From Sphingomonadales bacterium (GTDB lineage Bacteria; Pseudomonadota; Alphaproteobacteria; Sphingomonadales; Sphingomonadaceae): a DNA stretch of 64,000 bases. Positions 59,126 through 64,000 of the stretch are shown in pieces. The translations under genes were made by a program, and so were the position numbers. A model generated the notes under the pieces. The model searched no databases. It had not been told where the DNA came from and worked only from the letters and a program-made list of their open reading frames with translations. The stretch's first letter is position 1, and every line of letters starts with the position of its first letter. The stretch covers positions 29,361 through 93,360 of the forward strand of contig JBBQVB010000001.1 of the NCBI GenBank assembly GCA_038211965.1, read 5' to 3'.

Positions 59126-60742
59126 ATGCAGGCGAACACGGCGTTGCGCGTCAACTCGCGCGAGGCGGAACTCAAGGCGGTGCTCGAGGGCCTCGTCGGC
59201 ATCGCCAACGTCACCGACAACGCGGCGCGGCGTGCGCTGCACAGCGAGGATATCTGGTCGGCATCGGCGCACGTCGTCGCGCTCGTCGTCACCCCCCACA
59301 CCACCGACGAAGTGGCCGCAGTGGTCGCGGCGACGGCAGCGGCGGGCTTCGCGCTCGCACCGCGCGGGGGCGGCATGGGCTATACCGGCAGCTACCTGCC
59401 GGCTGCCGACGAGACGGTGTCGCTCGACCTGTCGGCGATGAACCGCATCCTCCGTATCAGCCCCGAGGACATGACGGTGACCGTCGAGGCCGGGGTGACG
59501 TGGGCGGCGCTCCACACGGCGCTCGCCGGCCAAGGGCTGCGGACGCCGTTCTGGGGGCCGATGTCGGGGCTGACCTCGACCGTCGGCGGCGGGCTGTCGC
59601 AGTTGAACGCGATGCTCGGCGCGGGTCACCACGGCACCTCGAGCGAGAGCGTCATCGCGCTCACCGTCGTCCTTGCCGACGGACAAATCCTGCGCACCGG
59701 CGCGCGCGGTCCCGATGGCGACACGCCCTTCTATCGCCATTTCGGCCCCGATCTTGCCGGGCTGTTCTGCGGCGACAGCGGCACGCTTGGCATCAAGACC
59801 GAGATCACGCTCCGGCTGATCCGTGCCCCGGCGCACGAGGATTTCGCGTCGTTCTCGTTCAAGTCCGGCGGCGAACTGCTGCGCGCGATGGCCGAGATGG
59901 CGCGCGCCGAGGTGGCGAGCGAGATGTGCGCCTTCGACCCCGGGCTGACGCGCGTCCGCATGGCGCGCGCCTCGTTGGCGACCGACGTCAAGACGCTCGG
60001 CTCGGTGGTGGCGCGCGAGAAGAGCTTCGGCAAAGGGCTGATGGCGGCGGCGAAGATCGCGCTCGGCGGGCGCAATTTCGTCGAAGCGGACGAATATCCG
60101 CTACACGTCATCGCCGACGGGCGCTCGGCGGGCGGCGTCGCGCACGACATCGCCGCTGCGCGCCGCATCGCGAGCGAATGCGGCGGCGTCGAAATCCCCA
60201 ACACCGTCGCCAAGGTCATCCGCGCGGTGCCCTTCCCGCCGCTCAACTCGGCGCTCGGCCCGGCGGGCGAGGCATGGGTGCCGGTCCACGGCCACGTCTC
60301 GCTGTCGAACGCGCCCGCGCTGTTCGACGATATCCAGGCGCTGTTCGCGCGGCTCGCTCCCGACTTCGAGACGCACGGCATCAGCACCGGCTATCTGTTC
60401 ACGACGATGTCGACCAACGCGATCACCATCGAGCCGGTGTTCTTCTGGCCGCACGGTTGGCGACCGGTCCACGAAGCCACCGTCGAGACAAGCCACCTCG
60501 CGCGGCTGACGCAGCGCCCGCCCAATCCGGCAGCGACGGCGGTCGTCGCCCAGGCGCGCGCCGGTGTCATTGCGCTGTGCCGGAAATACGGCGCGGCGCA
60601 TTTCCAGATCGGGCGCGCCTATCCATACCGCGCCAGCCGCGACGCCGCGTCGATGGCGCTGCTCGACGCGGTCAAGGCGGTCGTCGACCCACACGGGCTG
60701 CTCAATCCCGGCGGTCTCGGCTTTCCGGCGGGGCCTGCGTGA
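59126..60742 (+). CDS. FAD-linked oxidase (PCMH-type FAD-binding domain, GlcD-like).
   Basis: VVTPHTTDEVAAVVAATAAAGFALAPRGGGMGYTG and VTVEAGVTWAAL. Confidence 0.75.
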   Translation: MQANTALRVNSREAELKAVLEGLVGIANVTDNAARRALHSEDIWSASAHVVALVVTPHTTDEVAAVVAATAAAGFALAPRGGGMGYTGSYLPAADETVSLDLSAMNRILRISPEDMTVTVEAGVTWAALHTALAGQGLRTPFWGPMSGLTSTVGGGLSQLNAMLGAGHHGTSSESVIALTVVLADGQILRTGARGPDGDTPFYRHFGPDLAGLFCGDSGTLGIKTEITLRLIRAPAHEDFASFSFKSGGELLRAMAEMARAEVASEMCAFDPGLTRVRMARASLATDVKTLGSVVAREKSFGKGLMAAAKIALGGRNFVEADEYPLHVIADGRSAGGVAHDIAAARRIASECGGVEIPNTVAKVIRAVPFPPLNSALGPAGEAWVPVHGHVSLSNAPALFDDIQALFARLAPDFETHGISTGYLFTTMSTNAITIEPVFFWPHGWRPVHEATVETSHLARLTQRPPNPAATAVVAQARAGVIALCRKYGAAHFQIGRAYPYRASRDAASMALLDAVKAVVDPHGLLNPGGLGFPAGPA

Positions 60743-61755
60743 GCGAAACCGCCCGCGCGATCCGGCTCGACCGCTTCGCCGCCTCGTTCCGCGCCGCGAC
60801 CTCGCTCGTCGACGTCCCGGTGCCGCTGCCCGGTCCCGGCGAGATCCGCGTCCGCAACCGCTGGTGCGGCGTCAACGGCATCTTCGACACACAGATCGCG
60901 CGCAATGCGGTCGACTATGTCACCGTCGTGCTGCCGAGTTTCACCGGCGTCGAGGCTGCAGGTGTCGTCGAGGCAGTCGGCGACGGGGTCGGCGACTTCG
61001 CGGTCGGCGACGCGGCCGCGACCCTGCGCTTCGGCGGCGGCTACCGCGAGGCCAACACCGGCCCCGCGAGCGGTTTCGTGCCGCTCCCCGCCGCGACGCG
61101 CGAGTGGCTGGCGCTCGCCTCGACGGGGGTTTCGGCGCTGCTCGCGCTCGAACATGTCGGCGCGGTGGCCGACGGCGAGACCGTCGCGGTCTCGGCGGCG
61201 GCAGGGGGCTTGGGCCATTTCATCGTCCAGCTCGCCTTGCTGCGCGGCTGCCACGTCGTCGCGGTCTGCGGCGGGCCGCGCAAGGCGGCATTCGTCCGGG
61301 GCCTCGGTGCACACCGCGTCATCGACTACCAGTCGGAGGACGTCGCCGCCGTCCTCGCCGCCGAATATCCCGACCGCCTCGATGTCGCGATCGATACCGT
61401 CGGCGGCGGAGTGTTCGACGCCTTTCTCGGCAATCTCGCGCGCCACGGGCGGCTCGTCGCGGCAGGGGCGGCGCAGGACCTTGATGGCAACCCCGAGATC
61501 GTCACCGGGCCGCGCGTCGTCCACCAGCTTTACTACAAGGGCGCGTCGCTGCGCGGTTTCATGAACGGCCTGCTCCCCGAGTTGTGGCCCGCCGCACGTG
61601 CGAAGCTGTTCGCGCTGCACGACGCGGGGCAGCTGCGGGTGACCTTCGACGACGTGCCGTTCACCGGGCTCGAGCAGGTCCCCGACGCCATCGAGCGCCT
61701 GTTGTCGGGCCAGTCGATGGGCAAGGTCGTCGTCGCGCTCGATCCCGCTACCTGA
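60739..61755 (+). CDS. Medium-chain dehydrogenase/reductase (quinone-oxidoreductase-like).
   Basis: The GTG at 60739 overlaps the upstream TGA (GTGA). PGPGEIRVRNRWCGVN and VAVSAAAGGLGHFIVQLA (NAD(P) fold). Confidence 0.7.
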   Translation: MSETARAIRLDRFAASFRAATSLVDVPVPLPGPGEIRVRNRWCGVNGIFDTQIARNAVDYVTVVLPSFTGVEAAGVVEAVGDGVGDFAVGDAAATLRFGGGYREANTGPASGFVPLPAATREWLALASTGVSALLALEHVGAVADGETVAVSAAAGGLGHFIVQLALLRGCHVVAVCGGPRKAAFVRGLGAHRVIDYQSEDVAAVLAAEYPDRLDVAIDTVGGGVFDAFLGNLARHGRLVAAGAAQDLDGNPEIVTGPRVVHQLYYKGASLRGFMNGLLPELWPAARAKLFALHDAGQLRVTFDDVPFTGLEQVPDAIERLLSGQSMGKVVVALDPAT

Positions 61756-61768
61756 AAGGAGACCGAAA

Positions 61769-62308
61769 ATGCCCGACCCCGCCCCGATGAGTCCCGAAAA
61801 ATGGGCCGAATTCCGTGCCCGCATGCCGCAGCTGATGGAGAGCGTCGGCGTCTGGGAGGGCTGGTACCGCTATTACGACGCCGCCACCGGCGCGCTCGTC
61901 GATCAGCACCGCTCGCGGCTGATCTGCCGCATCATGCCCGAGGATTCGCCGTTCCCCTACTACCAGACCAACCAGTATTTCTGGGAGGACGGACGCACCG
62001 ACTTCCGTGAATTTCCGGCGTGGTACGACGACGGGCGGATCTGGTGGGACAACGACCTGATCACCGGCTGGGCGGCGCCGATGCAGCCCGACGACTTCCA
62101 CCGCACGACCTGCCTCAACTGGACGCGCAAGGGCGAGCCCGACCTGTACCTCTACGAGATGATCCAGCATTCGGCGAACGGCCTCGACCGCGCGCGGACG
62201 TGGCAATGGTTCAAGGGCGACCGCTGCCACCAGCGCACGCTGATCGACGAGCGCCGCGTCAGCCGCGACTGGGCGAACTGGACCGAGAGCGGGCCGCCCA
62301 CCGGTTGA
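61769..62308 (+). CDS. Trp/Tyr-rich conserved hypothetical protein (possibly a DUF3598/lipocalin-like fold).
   Basis: ATG at 61769 after AAAGGAGA. VWEGWYRYYD...YYQTNQYFWEDG...WYDDGRIWWDNDLITGW. The family assignment is tentative. Confidence 0.5.
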   Translation: MPDPAPMSPEKWAEFRARMPQLMESVGVWEGWYRYYDAATGALVDQHRSRLICRIMPEDSPFPYYQTNQYFWEDGRTDFREFPAWYDDGRIWWDNDLITGWAAPMQPDDFHRTTCLNWTRKGEPDLYLYEMIQHSANGLDRARTWQWFKGDRCHQRTLIDERRVSRDWANWTESGPPTG

Positions 62309-62535
62309 GGCGGGCGGCGCCGCGCCTCGATACTTGATCATTCCCGCCACCCGACGCGCATCCGCCGCGACGCCCTGCGTGATCGCCGATGCACGAAGAT
62401 TGCAGACCCGCAGCACAGCGCGCCGATACGCGGAATATTATCCGACGTGCGACTAGACGTTGGAGGCGAGCGCCGCGTGCGCGGCGTGCAAGCGCTATAG
62501 GCGCGTCAGCCCGCCGCATGCGGGCCGGAGAATTT

Positions 62536-63555
62536 ATGAAGGCCTACCGCATCGGCGCACAGACCGGCCTCGCCGCGCTCGAACTCGGTGAGCGCCCCGA
62601 TCCGGTCGCGGGCCCCGGCGAGGCGCTGCTGCGCGTCCGCGCCGTCTGCCTCAATCACCGCGACCTCAAGATCGTCGGCGGCGAATATGGCCCGCGCCGC
62701 GCCGAGGACCGCGTGCCGGTGTCCGACGGCATCGGCGAGGTCGTCGCAATCGGCGATGGCGTGAAGAGCGTAGCGGTCGGCGACCGGGCAATCTGCGGAC
62801 ATTTCGTGACATGGCTCGACGGTGCATTCAGCCAGTCGGCCTTCGGCAGCGACCTCGGCGTGACGCGCGACGGCTGGCTGGCGGAACTGATCGCCGTTCC
62901 CGCTGCGGCCTTGGTCAAGGTGCCCGACAGCGTATCGGACGCGCGCGCTGCGGCCCTGCCGGCAGCGGGGCTGACCGCGTGGCATGCCGTCGTCGAAGTC
63001 GGCAAGGTGCGGGTGGGCGATACGGTGCTGGTCCTCGGCACCGGCGGCGTGTCGATCCTCGCGCTGCAGATCGCCAAGGCGGCCGGCGCGCGTGTCGCGG
63101 TGACCTCGTCGAGCGACGCCAAGCTGGCGCAGGCGCGCGCGCTGGGGGCGGACATGACCGTCAATTACACGACCACGCCCGACTGGGCGGCGGCGGTGCT
63201 CGCGGCAACGGGCGGTGCGGGGGCCGACATCGTTGTCGAGACCGGCGGACAGGCGACGCTGGCGCAGTCGATCGCCGCCGCCGCGGTCAACGCACGGATC
63301 GTCATCATCGGCGCGCTGGCGGGTCAGGCGAGCGAGGGCCTCGCCAATTTCTCTACGATCATCGGCAAGAACCTGACGCTGCGCGGCATCGCCGCGGGCA
63401 GCCGGGCGATGCTCGCAGCGCTAGTCCGCGCCGTCGACGCGAACGGCATAGAACCGGTGATCGCGCGGAGCTTCGCCTTCGCCGACGCGCCCGCCGCCTA
63501 CGCGTACCTGAAAGCTGGCGACGCGGTCGGCAAGGTGCTGATCACGGCGCCTTAG
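62536..63555 (+). CDS. NAD(P)-dependent alcohol dehydrogenase / MDR family oxidoreductase.
   Basis: ATG at 62536 after GGAG. GEALLRVRAVCLNHRD and VLVLGTGGVSILALQIAKAAGA. Confidence 0.75.
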   Translation: MKAYRIGAQTGLAALELGERPDPVAGPGEALLRVRAVCLNHRDLKIVGGEYGPRRAEDRVPVSDGIGEVVAIGDGVKSVAVGDRAICGHFVTWLDGAFSQSAFGSDLGVTRDGWLAELIAVPAAALVKVPDSVSDARAAALPAAGLTAWHAVVEVGKVRVGDTVLVLGTGGVSILALQIAKAAGARVAVTSSSDAKLAQARALGADMTVNYTTTPDWAAAVLAATGGAGADIVVETGGQATLAQSIAAAAVNARIVIIGALAGQASEGLANFSTIIGKNLTLRGIAAGSRAMLAALVRAVDANGIEPVIARSFAFADAPAAYAYLKAGDAVGKVLITAP

Positions 63556-63727
63556 CCACGATCCGTGTCGCCGGCGGGGGCGGCGGGGGTATAGCGCTCG
63601 TCGACCTCGATGAACTGATCGGAGATGACGCTCCAGCCGAACACCGCGGTGTAGAAGTCCGCCGCCTTGTCGATGGCGGCGACGATGAACGCGGGCGCAG
63701 CAGGACATTGTCGAGGCCCGGTGTCAT
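63552..63727 (-). pseudogene. Possible frameshifted remnant of a glyoxalase/VOC-family gene.
   Basis: The ATG at 63727 gives MTPGLDNVLL. A shifted frame then reads PAFIVAAIDKAADFYTAVFGWSVISDQFIEVDERY...*. The fragment is only ~58 codons in total and resembles a VOC N-terminus. Confidence 0.2.
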
Positions 63728-64000
63728 GCGTCGCGTCCCCAACGCGCGAAAATCAGCGCGGCGATCAGGTTGAGCGCGGCGGGAACGATGCCGAACGCGA
63801 GCATGACGCCGGTCAGCGCCTGCGCGGTCTGCGGCAGATGCGCGACGGCGCGCGCCGCATCGAAGCCGAAGCCCGACAGCACCAGCCCGACGATCAGCGT
63901 GCCGCCGAGCGCGAAGCCGATCTTGTCGGCGGCGACCCATGCGGCGGCATAGAGTCCGGCGTGGGGCGCGTCATCGCCGGCGATGTCCGACAGCATCGAG
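63724..64000 (-). CDS. MFS (GPH-like) transporter, 3' end only; the gene continues beyond the window.
   Basis: C-terminal hydrophobic helices (...AAWVAADKIGFALGGTLIVGLVLSGFGF...MLAFGIVPAALNLIAALIFARW). Confidence 0.5.
   Translation of the reverse strand, partial: SMLSDIAGDDAPHAGLYAAAWVAADKIGFALGGTLIVGLVLSGFGFDAARAVAHLPQTAQALTGVMLAFGIVPAALNLIAALIFARWGRDA

Noticed and set aside
59071-61755. 894-aa ORF suggesting a large fusion protein.
   Set aside because: The first ~556 codons are an out-of-frame shadow of the FAD-linked oxidase gene (59126-60742). The real gene is the MDR starting at the GTG at 60739.
62309-62535. 227-nt spacer upstream of the second MDR gene, with small GC hairpins, as a riboswitch or sRNA.
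   Set aside because: I recognise no conserved riboswitch core. Short GC hairpins are ubiquitous at this base composition.

Overview
This is a very GC-rich chromosomal segment, roughly two-thirds G+C by eye (not computed). It comes from an alphaproteobacterium, and the gene content and protein sequences look sphingomonad-like (inference). I can support about 60 protein-coding genes. I saw no rRNA, tRNA, CRISPR array, transposase or prophage. Most long antisense ORFs in the track are GC-driven shadow frames. Most of the window is housekeeping: cysS-cvpA-radA, ffh-rpsP-rimM-trmD-rplS, xerD, aroK-aroB, cysD-cysNC, ychF-pth-rplY, ftsH-tilS, cpoB, rodZ-like, typA, tadA. The main candidate for a novel system is a tightly coupled three-gene cassette at the left edge (27-7916). 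It encodes a Cache-like multi-pass membrane protein, then a signal-less 1213-aa fusion of a subtilisin (S8) domain and a thermolysin-like HEXXH domain, then a ComEC-type metallo-beta-lactamase-fold hydrolase. Other notable points: a vapBC toxin-antitoxin pair sits inside the conserved rimM-trmD operon and leaves trmD with only a CTG start; a perfect 16-bp parS-like palindrome lies next to xerD; an isolated bchG/PucC-like MFS/bchP bacteriochlorophyll-tail operon is embedded among housekeeping genes; two copies of a C-run/G-run REP-like hairpin sit between convergent genes; and there are several unannotated small ORFs. All calls come from reading the sequence and the ORF track. No database search or computation was run.
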